This document shows, in pieces, positions 50,457 to 64,000 of a stretch of DNA of 64,000 nucleotides. The stretch is from positions 6,882,001-6,946,000 of the forward strand of contig CM007989.1 in the NCBI GenBank assembly GCA_002189035.1, in the 5' to 3' direction. The stretch comes from Utricularia gibba. Lineage: Eukaryota > Plantae > Magnoliophyta. Position numbers and translations under genes: made by a program. Position 1 is the first letter of the stretch; each line of letters opens with the position of its first letter. The notes beneath the pieces are model-generated. The model was not told where the DNA came from. It worked only from the letters and a program-made list of their open reading frames with translations, and did not search any database.

Positions 50457-51716
50457 ATGATTCCCAGGCGACGTTTAAACCTTGTTGCAGCAGTTCGCGC
50501 ATCGTCAGGGTGGACATCCTTTGCAGTTTCCTGTTTCCCAAGTTTCCGATCGTCCCCCCAGATACGAGGATACGTACAGGTTTACATGAAATGGAAGAAG
50601 GATTCCTACTACGACTCCATTGATGCCATACACAAATCCCTTCTTCTCAAGCCCATAGTTGCGCTTAAAAATTTCATGATCTCTTCCTCATCGACCCCTG
50701 AAGATAATTACTCTGTTCCCATCTCCGCCGTGTCCAAAAAAGGCTCTGAATTTGGGATAAACATCAAAGTCGCGAGGTTCTTAAGAAGCTACCCTTCTTT
50801 CTTCGAGGAATTCAAGGGCCCCTTGTATGATTTACCTTGGTTTAGGCTGACCCAGAACGCCATTGATCTTGATAAAGAGGAAAGGCTCGTGTATCAGGAA
50901 TCTAGGAATGATATTCTGGGAAGATTGGCTAAGCTCATATTGATGAGCAGTGGGTCTGGAAAGGCGCTTCCTTTGAAGATAATCAAGGGATTGCAATGGC
51001 AATTAGGCCTCCCTGATGAGTTTTTAACTAACCCACCTGATTATATTGAAGGATATGGAAGTTTAAAGCTGGTGGATTTGGAAAATGGGATCAAGGGCTT
51101 TGCAGTTGAGCGTCATGAGGGTGATGATCATAAGGTTCTGTCTGTGCTGCAGAGAAATGCGATGAAGAGAGGAGAATATTCAGGTCACAAGAATGAAGCA
51201 ATCGCATTTCCCATGTTTCCATCTAAGGGCCTGAGGTTGAAACAGAAGATAAAAGACTGGCTACATGAGTTTCAAAAGCTTCCTTACGTGTCTCCATATG
51301 ATGATTTCCCTGACTTGAATCCTGATTCTGATGCCTCTGAGAAACGCGTTGTGGGTTTGCTTCACGAGCTGCTGTGCCTGTTTGTTGAGCATTCTGTTGA
51401 AAGAAAGTATGTGATCTCTTTGAGGAAGTACTTGGGTTTGCCCCAGAAGGTTCACAAGGCATTTGAGAGACACCCTTATGCTTTTTACCTGTCGTTGAAG
51501 AACAGTACAGTAACAGCCATTCTTAAAGAAGCTTACGCTTGTGATGAGGTTGCTATAGATCCGCATCCCCTGGCGACTGTGAGGAAAAAGTATGTCGATC
51601 TTATGAAGGAATCAGGTGACATTTTGAGGAGAAGAAGGTTAACTGGTAGCAGGGCCTCGGCATCAGATTACCAACGGAAAGAGGATGATTCGAGGCCACT
51701 CCAGGTGGTGTTGTAA
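50457..51716 (+). CDS. WTF9: PORR-domain (plant organelle RNA recognition) mitochondrial intron-splicing factor, WTF9-like, intronless, 419 aa
   Basis: YVQVYMKWKKDSYYD, ARFLRSYPSFFEEF.GP.YDLPWFRLT, FPMFPSKGLRL, FQKLPYVSPY, EKRVVGLLHELLCLFVEHS and FERHP. Confidence 0.9.
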   Translation: MIPRRRLNLVAAVRASSGWTSFAVSCFPSFRSSPQIRGYVQVYMKWKKDSYYDSIDAIHKSLLLKPIVALKNFMISSSSTPEDNYSVPISAVSKKGSEFGINIKVARFLRSYPSFFEEFKGPLYDLPWFRLTQNAIDLDKEERLVYQESRNDILGRLAKLILMSSGSGKALPLKIIKGLQWQLGLPDEFLTNPPDYIEGYGSLKLVDLENGIKGFAVERHEGDDHKVLSVLQRNAMKRGEYSGHKNEAIAFPMFPSKGLRLKQKIKDWLHEFQKLPYVSPYDDFPDLNPDSDASEKRVVGLLHELLCLFVEHSVERKYVISLRKYLGLPQKVHKAFERHPYAFYLSLKNSTVTAILKEAYACDEVAIDPHPLATVRKKYVDLMKESGDILRRRRLTGSRASASDYQRKEDDSRPLQVVL

Positions 51717-51870
51717 CATGCAGATCCCACATCGATTATGGACAAAGACAAGTGGATGCAGTTAGATTGTGAAGCAGATAGGTAATCGGGGTTTTATTCT
51801 GCAAGATTTCTGCAACAAACATGAAAGGAGACACAGGAAGGAAGCACGCCGGTGAATCAGTACGTGACAA

Positions 51871-52628
51871 TCAATTGGACTTGTCCTGAAGCTTCAAGGT
51901 GAATGCTTTCAGTGACAAAAGCAAATCTTTCAGCAGAGCTTTTGCCGACGCATCAAGGAGGTTACCATCGGCGTCGAACTTGGGCGGTGGTTGGAACTCA
52001 TTGAGGAAGAACTCCGGCTTGTTTATGAAATGAAGATCAATGTAAACACCGATCTGCCGGAGATGGTACTGTGATCTCCCCCCACCAAAACCTCCACCGG
52101 TGCTGACTATGGCGGCCGCTTTGTTTGCCCAAACATTAGGAGGCCGAGATGCCCAATCAAGGGCATTCTTCAGAGGGGCTGAAGTTTCAACTCAATTTTA
52201 GTTCTCAATCTCCAGTCAACAGCTAACTTCAAGTGAAACTGAGGTAAAATTTTTAGTTACCGGTGACGGAATAGTTGTACTCAGGGGAAGCAAAGAGAAT
52301 GCTATCAGCAGCCTTAATTTTCTGTCTAAATGCCTCAACCTCCGGCGGATACGTCCCGTTTACCTCAAGATCAGTATTAAGAAATGGCAAACCTGAGATA
52401 TCCACATACTCAATCTTCAAACCGTCGATCGAATTCGAGATCTCCATGGCTGGATCAAAAAGAAGAAAAATAAATAGATAAATACATTTTCTTAAAGAAA
52501 AAAGACATCTGCGAACACATTCGAAGAAGAGCAATTGCTGGATCACCGGCGCGGAGGAGGCCGCGGTTGCAGGAAGCTTTGCGAACGGAACCGCAGAGCG
52601 CGGCGACTTTAACTGCTCCCGCCTCCAT
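51871..52628 (-). CDS. NQR: NADPH:quinone oxidoreductase (flavodoxin-like FMN reductase); exons 52628-52547, 52449-52261, 52178-51871
   Basis: KVAALCGSVRKASCNRGLLRA, FASPEYNYSVTAPLKNALDWASRPPNVWANK and GGGRSQYHLRQIGV; frame intact. Confidence 0.95.
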
Positions 52629-52832
52629 GGAAAAGAAACTAAGGTTTCTGGTCAGTGAATTGCATCATCCCTGGGGTATAAATGGTCTTCAGAGACGCCA
52701 CGTAGATGTGGACTTTCTTGTCCGCCTACCTTCACAAACTGCTCCTTGGACTAATGAGCCAGATGTGACCTGATGCCATCTCACCGGAACCAACCCCCAA
52801 ATACACTTTTCCGGTCGGTAGGAACGGAGCTG

Positions 52833-52835
<3 letters not shown>

Positions 52836-52866
<31 letters not shown>
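52836..52866. repeat. (TA)n microsatellite between NQR and the KEG 3' end
   Basis: Directly visible. Confidence 0.95.
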
Positions 52867-52877
<11 letters not shown>

Positions 52878-53367
52878 GATATTTTATCAGAGTGATTAAT
52901 ATATAAATTCCGACAAATCAGGGGCCTAAGCATTCCATTCATTCTTATTTCTATGACATTCTAGAATGTTCTAGAATACTTCATTAATCGACTTCAGATA
53001 CAGAGCTTTTAGAGTCACCTGCAAATGAGATAAAGAAGCAGCTGGCTCAGAATGCAACATGCGGGAAAATAGAGTAATCATCTTCTCCAATCTCTCCAAT
53101 CACCATTCAGGAAGAAATGGATCCTCCCTTTTTATACAGAAGCAGCTATGAACAGATAACAAGTACCAAACCAACCAACTCCTCACACAACATACATTCA
53201 CATCCAACTTGCTCCTTGATCCTCCATCCTCCCTCCATCTCATTCAAACCAGTCTATTGGTGGAAAGTTACCTCTGTGAGGAGTTTCCCACTTTGGGAGG
53301 ACGCAACTGCTGATACCAGTGAGTGGGGGAGCAGGTGTGGCTGAGGTGGTGTCTTGAGCAGGTTGAC

Positions 53368-56300
53368 TCAGCTTTCGTCGAGCACGATATCGGCTGGATC
53401 CCCGATCCAACACCGTTCCTCCCGCCACCTGAACTTGATCCTGAGCTTCCCATTCAAATCGACTCCAGTGACTGTGCCTCGGCTAGCATGCGTCTCCATG
53501 CCCCATCCCCATCTTGGAGTTACTAAGCCCTCCTTGATCCTCACCTTGTCCCCAACTTGGAATGCTCTCACACGTTCTATCTCCCATGATTTGCAGATCC
53601 ATAGACGGTCAATGAAGCAGAATGAAATGAAAACATCTTCATCTTCTATATGATGGACGACTCCCACACTTTGCTTAGTCACTTCTCCCCATTGGTATGT
53701 AGGAGTGGAGACATTTGGGTTCACTCTGACCCAGTCCTTGATTTGAAGCTCTTGTTGTTCCACGATCTCAACCTCTGAAGGATCCAGCACCCAAGGCTTT
53801 GAGCCAGATGCAGAGTATATTTTCAATCTTCCATCGGCATCGATGGAAGATATGGTTCCAATGTTTGCATGGCTGTGGCCTGACCAGCCAAATCTGGGTT
53901 GCTTGACAGAGCTCTTTACTTTCACCCGCTGTCCAACCAAGAGTTTGTCCGCATGCTCAAGTGCTGCAGCGGGTCCAGTCCACTGTTCTTGCTCTCCGCA
54001 GAAGGCAACAGAAATGATCCCATCCGATCCTTCTGTGTCGTAGTCAATCCCCTGCACAACACCAATGCTACTAGGAAGCACAGATTTCCAACTGCTTGAA
54101 CGATCTCTTAGCTTGACCCATTCTCCTACTTCATACGTTTGCTCCAACTCAAGATCGGCGGGATCTCCTCTCCAGAAACCCTGTAAGCCATTGAAGGCAA
54201 CTTTCACTTCACCATCCGCATTAACGCTAAGAATGACACCCCTATAATCTGACTGAGCATGCCTCCAGCCCCATCTAGGTTCAGTTAATCCGGCGCGAAA
54301 TTTTACACGTTGACCAACTCTGAATCCAGGAACCTTCTCAACATCAGCATGATGCATAGGGAATCTTCCCCTTCGGGAACAGCAAGCTAGTTCTAGGTGA
54401 AGATTATCCTGAATGCCGTGCACAATAGCTAGACCTTCTTTCCAAAGGCTGTTCCAGTCGTAGCTTGGTCCATGGATTTGTTTTGGACGAACCCAGTCAC
54501 CCACTTCATATCCAAGAAGCCTTTCTGCATCCCCGGGTGCGACTTTCCACAGACTATGCCTTCCAGCAACTTTGACCTTACACAATTATTTGATACACAC
54601 GTCAAGACGCGCACAAACAAGAAAAAACAATCAATTGAAAGAATCTAAAGCCATATAAATGCACGTGCACTGGAGAAGCAAAAAACACTTATCTCTACTG
54701 CATAAACATCATAATTTTCCTAGTAGCTTGGTAGAAGCCTTATGAGGTAACATGGGCCAAGAAGTTATTGCGCACAAGCTTACATTCAAAGCACCATCCA
54801 TGTCAATCCTCGCAATTTTTCCAAATGTTGCTGGTGTTTCATTAGACCACCCAAGCCGAGGTTGAGTAATTAAAGGATCCACATGAATATCTTGTCCCAA
54901 TTCAAAAGGAGGCAACTTCTCAATGTCAGTTGCTGAGCAACTGAAAGGTTTACTTCGGAAACAAAATGCAACACCCATATCACCATCCTCCTCCAAACTA
55001 TGGATTATACCAATGCTACTTCTTGTAACATCCTCCCAGCCATACTTTGGAGCAGGAACAGAAGACTTTACTCTAACCCAATCACCAACCTACAAAAGTT
55101 GCGGCTGATTGGACAGTGAAAATCACCTGAGTATGTAAAATCAAATACTAGAGAAGAAAATAACCTTGAAGTCTTCCAGCTTTTCCATGTCTGAAGGATC
55201 AGCTTGCCAAGGTATTGGCCGATTTGGAATATCAATAATTAAAAGACCATCATTCTCTATCTCAGTGATTCTTCCAACGCTGTGGTGGGTTTCACCACCC
55301 CAAGCATACCGAGGCTCTGCCACAGAACGCTTTACACAGACACGATCCCCAACCTGAGAAAGGAATACCACGGAGAAGACAAATAATAATCAAGGTGAAA
55401 GACATGTTCCTGTAATCTAATGCACAAATCCATGAGCATCTTCTTACCCTAAAGGATTCAACATGCTCAAGCTCTTCAGGTTCACAATGCCAGGGAGAAG
55501 GAAGATAGCTTAGTTCCAACAGTAAGCTTTTGTCAGGTCTAATAAAACACACAATGCCAATCGTTCCTGGAGTCACTGATCCTAACCCATGCTTTGCTGT
55601 AGTAAGATTGGGACGTATGCGAACCCAATCTCCAACCTTAAACTCCTCAATCCTTTCCATCTCAGCAGGATCTGCTTTCCACCCTCTGGATCCTCCAGGA
55701 AAGCCAACACGTAGGATCCCATCATCATCAACACAGAGCACGGTGCCAATGCTAGCGTGAGATTGACCTCGCCAGCCAAATCTAAGAAACAAGTGATGGG
55801 CAGATTAGAAATGTAACAAGTTAAGCATATACGAACATAATCAAAACAGCACATACCTTGGCTCCTTTACATCAGACTTAACCTTAACATGCTGCCCCCT
55901 GTCAAGTGGAATGACTTTTACTACATCCTTCATGAGTACTTTCGCTTCCCCAGAACAAAATGAGACTATGAGATTGTCATTATCTGGTACACTTTGAACA
56001 AAACCAACGCTCTTATATGTTGCACCTTGCCACCCATATGTTGGTTCCTTGACGTTTCTTTTGAATTTCACCCAATCACCAACTTGATATCTGCATGATT
56101 GGAATCATGATTGAAACAAATATTATAGTGAAAAATATGCAAGATGGAAGTAAAGATTTTTCGTATGTACAATGTGGGTGACAAATGGACATCTTTCTCC
56201 AAAAGTGCCTCCATCAAATCCTCAGATATCCATTCCCGTGGAAGAGTTTCCAGACAGTCCCTCAGTGACCTCCCACTGAAAACATTACCAGAATCATATG

Positions 56301-59300
56301 AAAACACAGACTATCAATTTAAAGTGTTTCACATCAAAAAAAAAAATTTTTGGATTTACCAACATGCATATATTTTTTCTAAAACAACATAACTATTAGC
56401 ATAAAATGCTAACCTATGGTTATGAACATGTACTTCAGCATTATGATGTTTAAGCATAACAAGAATCCAGTCCAAATTTTCACGTATCATCCTGGCTGTA
56501 TCCGCAGCTATATGGAACGCATTGTCTCCATCATCATCCTGATAATGAAAACAGAGGAGCTTGAGTCCAATGAAGAAAAGCTATGCTTAATAATGTGAGG
56601 ACATAGCGGCAATCAGATGAAAAGGTTTTTAGTAAACTGCTTGATTAAGAAGAATGATCAATAAAACTGAGGTGCTGCATAATGAATGACAAGAAAATCC
56701 ACCAAAGTACTACAAGCACCAACAGACCCAGCTCAAATTGTACTCGGCATTCAAGGGTACACCTATTTTGTGAGGGAGCATATTCGTTTCAAAAGCATTT
56801 CACAATGAAATAGGACAATGCAAGCACACATGTGAACATGTATTCCAGCATGCTGTATGTTAGCAGATAGAACATCATTCAGCCACAGACCTGCATATTG
56901 CAGTTTGCTCCAGAAGATAAAAGCAATTGAACACAAGAATTTGATCCTCTAGCCAAAGCCATATGAAGAGGAATGGTATTCTGTACGTTTCTGAGATTTA
57001 CGTCAACACCAGCATCCAACATGATCTGCATAAAAAATTCCCATGAAATATGCAATAAGGTGTACTAGACAAGTATTTGGACAATCTTTATTTTGTAATT
57101 GGATGATTATCAAGGTACTGAAATGTAGACCATAACAAGCAACATGTTCACTAAGGATCAATAAATTCAGCGTACTCTAACTAATTCAACATCATTAGCC
57201 ATCGCAGCTGTATGCAAAGCAGTTTGGGCATGTGCATCTTGAGCAGTTGGATCTGCTCCCGCAGCAAGCAGTATTCTGACAAGTTCTCTTGCCTCTACAT
57301 GGTTAGAAGATAAAAAGACATGAGCATCTACGAATCTGGATCCAAAGGAATACTTGATTTTATAGGAAAACTAGAAGTTGTTTGACTTCTACCAGATTCA
57401 TGATTTTTCTTTAAACCAGCTGCCATGCACAATGCTGTTCCTACAGGGCCCCGAATGTCAATAGCTTCAGAAATTTCGTGATCAGATGCAAGCTCCAGCC
57501 ATCTTTTGACAACGGCTACATTACATGTCGTAACACATAAATGCAGTGGCCTGTCAGAATGCTAACAATTAGAACCTTGCGAAGTTATGGGACTACCCCT
57601 GTAAAAAAGAGAAAGCAAAAGAAAAAAGCAAATGGCAGTAAAATCTATCATCACGCCCATTGGTTCTTACGTCAAATTTTTTGAATTTAAGATACTCATT
57701 GATTTACATCCTCCGCTCTCCAAAATGACAATGGCGCAGTCTGTATACTTTTTCGCAATTGCCCTATGGAGCACAGATTCACCTTCATCATCAACTGCAT
57801 TTGGATCAGCGCCAGCCAACAATAACTCCTTCACCCAAATAACTTTATCTTAGAATGATAACATCAAACTAAACTTGAAAACAAAAATGATTGCAGCATC
57901 TTTGTGCATTTTGTGTGTAAAGGACAATGCAGTAGAATCGGATGAAAAAATTTCGCATTCAATGTGAGTGTGCAATAAAATGTAAAAAAATAACACTAGT
58001 CCCATCACGTACTCTCATGCAATCTGGTTGTCCATGGTAGGCACAGACATGAGCAACTGATGGACCACACCCATCCCTTAAACGGGACCTCACATTAGCC
58101 TGGAATTTAATAAGTGTGCGAACACATTCAGGTGACCCAGCTGCAAGTGCGAAAACAAGAGGAGGGTCCCCATCCTTGTCAAGGACATCAACTCTCGCCT
58201 CTTTGCAGTCCAAGATTGTTTCAACAAGTTCAACACTACCCCGCCTGCAAGCAAGGTGAAGAGCAGTTTGACCATCATTATTTTGGGCTTCCAACAGTGA
58301 CCGTACCATACTCTGACCATGCCGTGCAGCAGTTTTTTCAAGCAAATCTCTGCACGTAACAGTGAATATTTTCCAATTCAAACATGAACTTCCTAAATCA
58401 GCAATGTATTTGAATTTCAATTGGAGGAGCCTCACCGAATGCCATTTATATTGCCTTCAGAAATAAGTTGATGTAAAAGACTGGGACTCACTGGTGGAAT
58501 TTCCAGCGCTGCTGATGGAGCGTGCACCACCCCATTTGCTAGAGGCATTGTAGGCAGGTTACTGCTAATGAAATAGAGCAACGGTAAAACATACTCAGGC
58601 CTCTAGGGAACAAGCCATATAAAATCTTTTAATATGGAGCTAAGTAAAATTTTAGAGGGCTTCTCACATGTCTGGACTAGCAGGCGGATTCCATGGAATC
58701 CCTTGCAAGTTCTGGAGGAATATACCAAGCATTGAATGAAAGGAGGGTCTTTTGGATGGTTTGAATTGGAGGCAATCACCAATCATTTTCCACAATTCCC
58801 TCGGTATTCCAACACCAACAACCTTTGCATATTGTGGTGGTTGACGTTTAGCTTTGACAACAAACTGAAATATTTCCTCAATACTTGAACCAGCCCACCT
58901 TGAGCAAAAAAAAAAAAGGAAAATAGCTCCTTCTCTCATTCTCTCCAATCAACAAAGAATAAAATAATTAAAAAGAACTCAGATGCAAATAGTAGGCATA
59001 TTTTCACATACGGGATAACTCCTGTGCACATTTCTGCCAATGTGCAACCAAAGCTCCAGGCGTCAGACTCAGGAGACACACCAATGGCATCTTCCCAAAA
59101 CAAATGCAATGGCTTTTTCACAGTTTCCCATGCTTCTGGTGCTGTGTAATTTGGACACAGCATTGTGCAATCCACACATGAATGTATCTTTAAAGACTCG
59201 CATTCTTTTCTTGCTTTGTTGCAATTCGGATTTTTAAGGATTTCTGGAAGTGCATAATCAGAAACAACAGCATGACCACTTTCATTCAAAAGAATGTTAG

Positions 59301-60372
59301 ATGGCTTAATATTCATACAAACAACACCAGCTGCATGAAGTTCAGCAACTCCACGAGCAACATCAGCTCCATATCTGCATTCATGATTTTCAAAGTTTAC
59401 TAGCAAACCCTCCAAAATATGCTATTTCTACCAGCAAACCCAAGTACGACAATCCTATGCAAAAGAGTAACATAGCTACTGAAAATGTTAGGCACTACAA
59501 ATAATATCATTCAATTCCCGCTACCCAAAGCTTCCTTCCATGATAATATTGCGGATTAAAGATAGAAACAATTAAAAAAATCATGCATTCCATGCGATTC
59601 CAAGAATAAAACGGAACCTGAGTATCTGCTCGAGTGTGAGGCGACCTCCATTCTGATGCATGGCGGTTTGTATGGAACCATGACATCGATCCATTACCAA
59701 ACACAGGTTATTGTCAATCCTATACGATCCATGGAAACTGCAAACATTCCGACACCAAGACGTTTTCCTCCTCAACTCCTCCAGCTGCCCCTGCATCCAC
59801 ACGACATCAGCGTCCTCCCCAATCGTGACTTTCTTCACGGCCACCTTATGTTTACACCCTCTGCCCATAACTAGACCTGCCCACATCTCCACGCCTGCCC
59901 TTAGACTGCTTGCTCCTATCTTCTTCACCAACTTAACATCTTTATGCCAATTCAAATCAATCCGTCCATCAACAACTCCATCATACGATCTGTTACTACC
60001 ATTACCATTGACAAAACCGCCAGACCCCCTGTTTGAACTACTGCTTCGTCCGCAAGCACTTTGCGTCCCTGCATCCGAGTTACCACGTCCAGCTTCATAA
60101 ACATCACCATCTTCATCGTCCTCCTCTTCCTCATCATCCCCACCCTCCTGCAACAATGACAATATTGCGTAATTCTTTTTCAACCCAGCAACCGAATTTC
60201 CAACACTGGTCAGTTGGCGGCACCGGGGACAAGAAACAGACAAATCCTGCGAAGCTGAGAACATCTTGAACAGGCACTCGCGGCAGAAGCCATGACCACA
60301 TTGGAGGAGAAGTGGGCACCTTTCCTCTTCATCGTACTTGTTGTGGCAAACAGAACAACAGGGTACTCTCAT
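53368..60372 (-). CDS. KEG: E3 ubiquitin ligase KEEP ON GOING (RING, kinase, ankyrin repeats, HERC2-like repeats), ~16 coding exons
   Basis: MRVPCCSVC...CPLLLQCGHGFCREC...CPRC, kinase CMNIKPSNILL, ankyrins GQTALHLACRRG and GDNAFHIAA, repeated VGDWV..K..V..PxxGW motifs; ends WIGDPADIVLDES*. All exons were traced with GT-AG junctions in frame. Confidence 0.96.
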
Positions 60373-60775
60373 CTTTTTGTCCCGAATCCCGATATGAGCC
60401 GTGAAATTTGGGCATTCACATCCCCAAAAGTTCATAAAAATCGCAGATCCACTGGTTTGAGGGAGAGCCGACCTACGGCGGTCGGCCTTGCGAGGCTATG
60501 CTCGGAGACCAGGAAATGATTGGGAGGAAACCTTGGTTCTGATCCAAGGGGTTTTGTTTTCAGACTGCGTTTTCTCATTTTTGGACTTGTCATTCATGGA
60601 AATTTCTACATTATTTTATTTCATTTTATTTTATTTATATTCAGGCTGTTGTTCGGTATTTTAGTGATTTAGTATTATTATTTTCAGAAATGGAATAAAT
60701 TTAACTTAATTATTTTGATATTTTTTCGCACCTATAAAAACTCTGGCGTATTTCCATCGCTGCACACCTTGAGAC
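60373..60775. promoter_or_regulatory. ~400 bp divergent promoter shared by KEG and CYP22, containing an (ATTTT)n tract near 60611
   Basis: Head-to-head start codons 403 bp apart. Confidence 0.55.
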
Positions 60776-63026
60776 ATGGCGACGGGAAACGGCGGAGGAC
60801 CGGCTGCGGAGTGGCATCTCAGGCCGCCGAACCCGAAAAATCCCATTGTTTTCTTCGATGTTACTATTGGAAACCTTCCAGCTGGCCGTATCAAGATGGA
60901 GCTCTTCGCTGATATTGCTCCCAAAACTGCCGAAAATTTTAGGTTGTACTCATAGGCTCTCTGTAGTTTATTTCTTTTTACTGTGTCCGGTGTTGGAGTA
61001 ATGATCATTTTTTTCTGTTGTGTTTTCTTCAATTTTCAGGCAGTTCTGCACAGGTGAATATAGGTAATTCGTTCTGCAAACTCATTCTGTTCTCTTTTTA
61101 TTGAAGCAGTTTGGCCGTCGTTGGCTGCTTTGAAAGAAACATGCTGAAGGAATAGTAACGCGCGTCAAATGGTGCTTGTAGATTTTTTAGGAAAGCATGT
61201 CCAGTTTCGAGATTTGCATAGATTTTGATGCGAATATCATTGCAGCATCACTTTTTAAAGTATTATCGTGTCAGACAGTGCCTTATCCTCACTAGGATGT
61301 GGGGAATCAGAATCTTTATGGAGGTGAATGGGTTTCATATATTTGGATTTAATATGATGGCAAAGACGTTTGCTAGTTCTTTTTCTAGGGCATTGCATAT
61401 AATCTGATGAGATGTTAATGCTCTACCCCCTTTGGTTCAAGTTGCATGTTCCATTTTCTTACACTTGGCTGTCTCGTTACTTTTATGGCTCTGGATTGCA
61501 GGAAGGCCGGATTACCTGTTGGATACAAGAACTGTCAGTTCCATAGAGTCATTAAAGATTTCATGATTCAAGCTGGTGACTTTTTGAAGGTTGAATTTGC
61601 CTCTCATTCTGTCGCTCTCCATGCATCTGTCATCTTCCTGTGATAGTGTTGTGGTGCTGTATTAGAAGTTTCTTACTCTTGCAATCTTTCTAATGATTTG
61701 GAGTATACCCTATGCTGAAATGCCGTATTGTCATTTCTCACTTTTTTTTACCAGCAACTTTTTTTTATTTCAAACTAGATGTATTTGCTAGCGTTTTGAT
61801 AAAGCTCATGTTTTGCTATCCACTCGAACTGCTTTGCTTGCGTAAATGTGCTCCCTTTGTCAGTACTATTACATGATGTTTACTAAATTTACAGGGTGAT
61901 GGAAGCGGATGTGTCTCTATTTATGGAAGCAAGTTTGATGATGAAAACTTTGCTGCTAGGCATACAGGTCCCGGCCTATTATCTATGGTATGCAATCTGG
62001 TTGGAGTGAATATAATTTTACATTTCTGTCCATGTTTTGCCAATCTTAGAACCCAGAATATGCTTTGAAGGGGGTCTAGAACATAATTTTACATTTCAGT
62101 TGACATCCATGATGTCACAGTAATCGCCTGACATGATCATAACCCTAGAGAATTGAAGATCTGTTTGCAAGATCAAACCAAATATACTAAACTTAGAATC
62201 TAACTTTGGCATTGGAAATAGTCGTCTTCTAGATGCAAAGATTTTTCCTTACATGCTATAGCAATGATGAGCATCTTTAGATAGGCATGCAGTGAGTTGA
62301 TTTCGTATACATTTCTCTTCTCAATTCATAGTGAATCGAGTGTAAGGAGTTTTATCAAATTAACCTGTATGTTTTGCAGGCAAACAGCGGACCTAACTCT
62401 AATGGATGTCAGGTATTCTATATAAATAAGAATGTGTCATCAAGATATTGTAGGGAGATGCGGTTACTGTCTAAAGTTTTATTTCCTTCTACATTTCCAA
62501 ACGTATTCTGATGTCACTTTTGATAACTATAAATATGGGCAAAAAAATAAGGACTCTCTATTTGGCCATGATGCATGATTTTTCATTAACCATGCAAATT
62601 GTACCCCAATTCTCTGCCTGATGAATTGGCAATATCTGCATCATGGCCGTGCTACACAAGATAGAAAGGCTGACTTGTATCTATAGTAGGAAAGAATATA
62701 ATTTGGTTCTATGCAGCTTCTGAGTAGCATATTTTCATATCTCCGTTTTGCAGTTCTTCATAACCTGCGCCAAATGTGATTGGCTTGATAGCAAACATGT
62801 GGTATTTGGGGTAAGTGTTTCTTTCACACTGTTTCTGCTTCATCATGGCCATCCCCTTATGCTGCCACTGCCATAATGATTAAACCTGAGTTATGAGCCG
62901 AAAACATGGGTGCAGCGTGTCCTTGGAGATGGTCTTCTGGTGGTAAGGAAAATAGAGAATGTAGCCTGTGGACCTAACAATCGGCCAAAACTTCCCTGTG
63001 TCATCGCCGAGTGCGGTGAGATGTAG
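60776..63026 (+). CDS. CYP22: Cyclophilin-type peptidyl-prolyl isomerase CYP22 (PPIH-like); exons 60776-60942, 61040-61063, 61502-61589, 61895-61987, 62380-62412, 62754-62810, 62916-63026
   Basis: [82 protein letters not shown]; ends CVIAECGEM*. Confidence 0.96.
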
Positions 63027-64000
63027 GAGAATACTCTCCAACACCGTAAGTACTGTTTCCAGACTTGGGCGTGTGGCCGCATTTACCTAACAGTTGGGGA
63101 AGTCTGTGTTATGATATTGAAGATCTTCACTGTTTTTCCTAGAAACATGCCTATGAAATTAACTTTGTTAGTATATAAATATTCGTCAAGTTAAGAGAAG
63201 AAAGCAGTGGGTCAAACGTGTTGGAGATTAATTTGGAAACTCCAAGGTTACTTTTTATATACAATTGACCAAATCAATATCTAGTTGTGATGGGGATGAA
63301 GAATGGATTTATGTGAAGGTAATGTAATTCAGAAGTTTAGTGTAATGTTCAGGTCTACTATCATCTATTTCTTTCAAAATATGACCATCACTGTGGTAAT
63401 AGAGTTCCCTTTACTTGTAGCCTTCCTTTTCATCAACCCGCTACCTAAAACCCCAACTGGTTTTCATATATACATGCCAACATTGGATTCTGCTTCCTTA
63501 ACCACAATGCTGCACAACTTTTCATAAAATCACTTCCTCACATGTTCAAAGTTAAACCTTTTGATGGTTAGTACGTAGATGACGAGATCGGATCTATAAA
63601 CTCCTAAACATGCATAGTGTTATTGAAGATCCATTCCATATTGATTGGAAATGGTATCATTATACCATTATCTCCACTTTATTGAATATGATTTCGATGT
63701 CTATGTAATGTACAAAAAGACTATTTTAACTTTAGCAGTTTTGATCCACTTTTATTAGGGAGATAATGTTTATCTTCACTCTAGTAACACAAATGGCATC
63801 TTCTAGGATATGATATTTCTTGTACATTTTGTAGCCATCTAAAAATATTTTTCAATATTCAAGTCATCCATTACAAAAAGAGATATCCCTTTTATAGAGG
63901 ATTGTATTTCAACAAGAACATAGGTGCGCGTGAGATCTTCTTTATCCAATAAAGAATAATGATGGCTAGGAAGATGAAAGACATCGATTCCAAGGAGGAA

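Noticed and set aside
53368-60372. Possible fragmentation of KEG suggested by the many short ORFs in the track
   Set aside because: All exons can be joined through canonical GT-AG sites in frame.

Overview
Gene-dense eudicot nuclear DNA with GT-AG spliced genes and very AT-rich spacers. An asterid lineage is inferred from an NRC-type NLR; the species cannot be determined. About 15 apparently intact genes were hand-spliced: mitochondrial MDH (runs off the left edge), UBA2c-like RNA-binding protein, MBF1, Tubby-like F-box, gamma-glutamyl hydrolase, an 884-aa CC-NB-LRR resembling NRC helper NLRs, YJU2/CWC16, NCED, glycolate oxidase, RING-pseudokinase-WD40, SINA E3 ligase, WTF9-like PORR protein, NADPH:quinone oxidoreductase, KEEP ON GOING and cyclophilin CYP22. 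Between them are several decaying genes: two tandem SHAQKYF-type Myb copies (one with a single nonsense codon), an RLK kinase fragment, an ILP1/NIPA-like C3HC gene, a BIR-type LRR-RLK and a START/polyketide-cyclase gene with an N-terminal frameshift. A degenerate ~6 kb Mutator-like transposon sits directly upstream of the NLR. Most notable are the solitary NRC-like helper with an offset MADA-like motif, the frameshifted START gene potentially rescued by an upstream ATG, a candidate distal stress enhancer ~3 kb upstream of NCED, and candidate 3'-UTR introns in three genes. No tRNA, rRNA or CRISPR was recognised, and nothing here is demonstrably a new biological system. All family assignments come from motif recognition by eye, without database searches.
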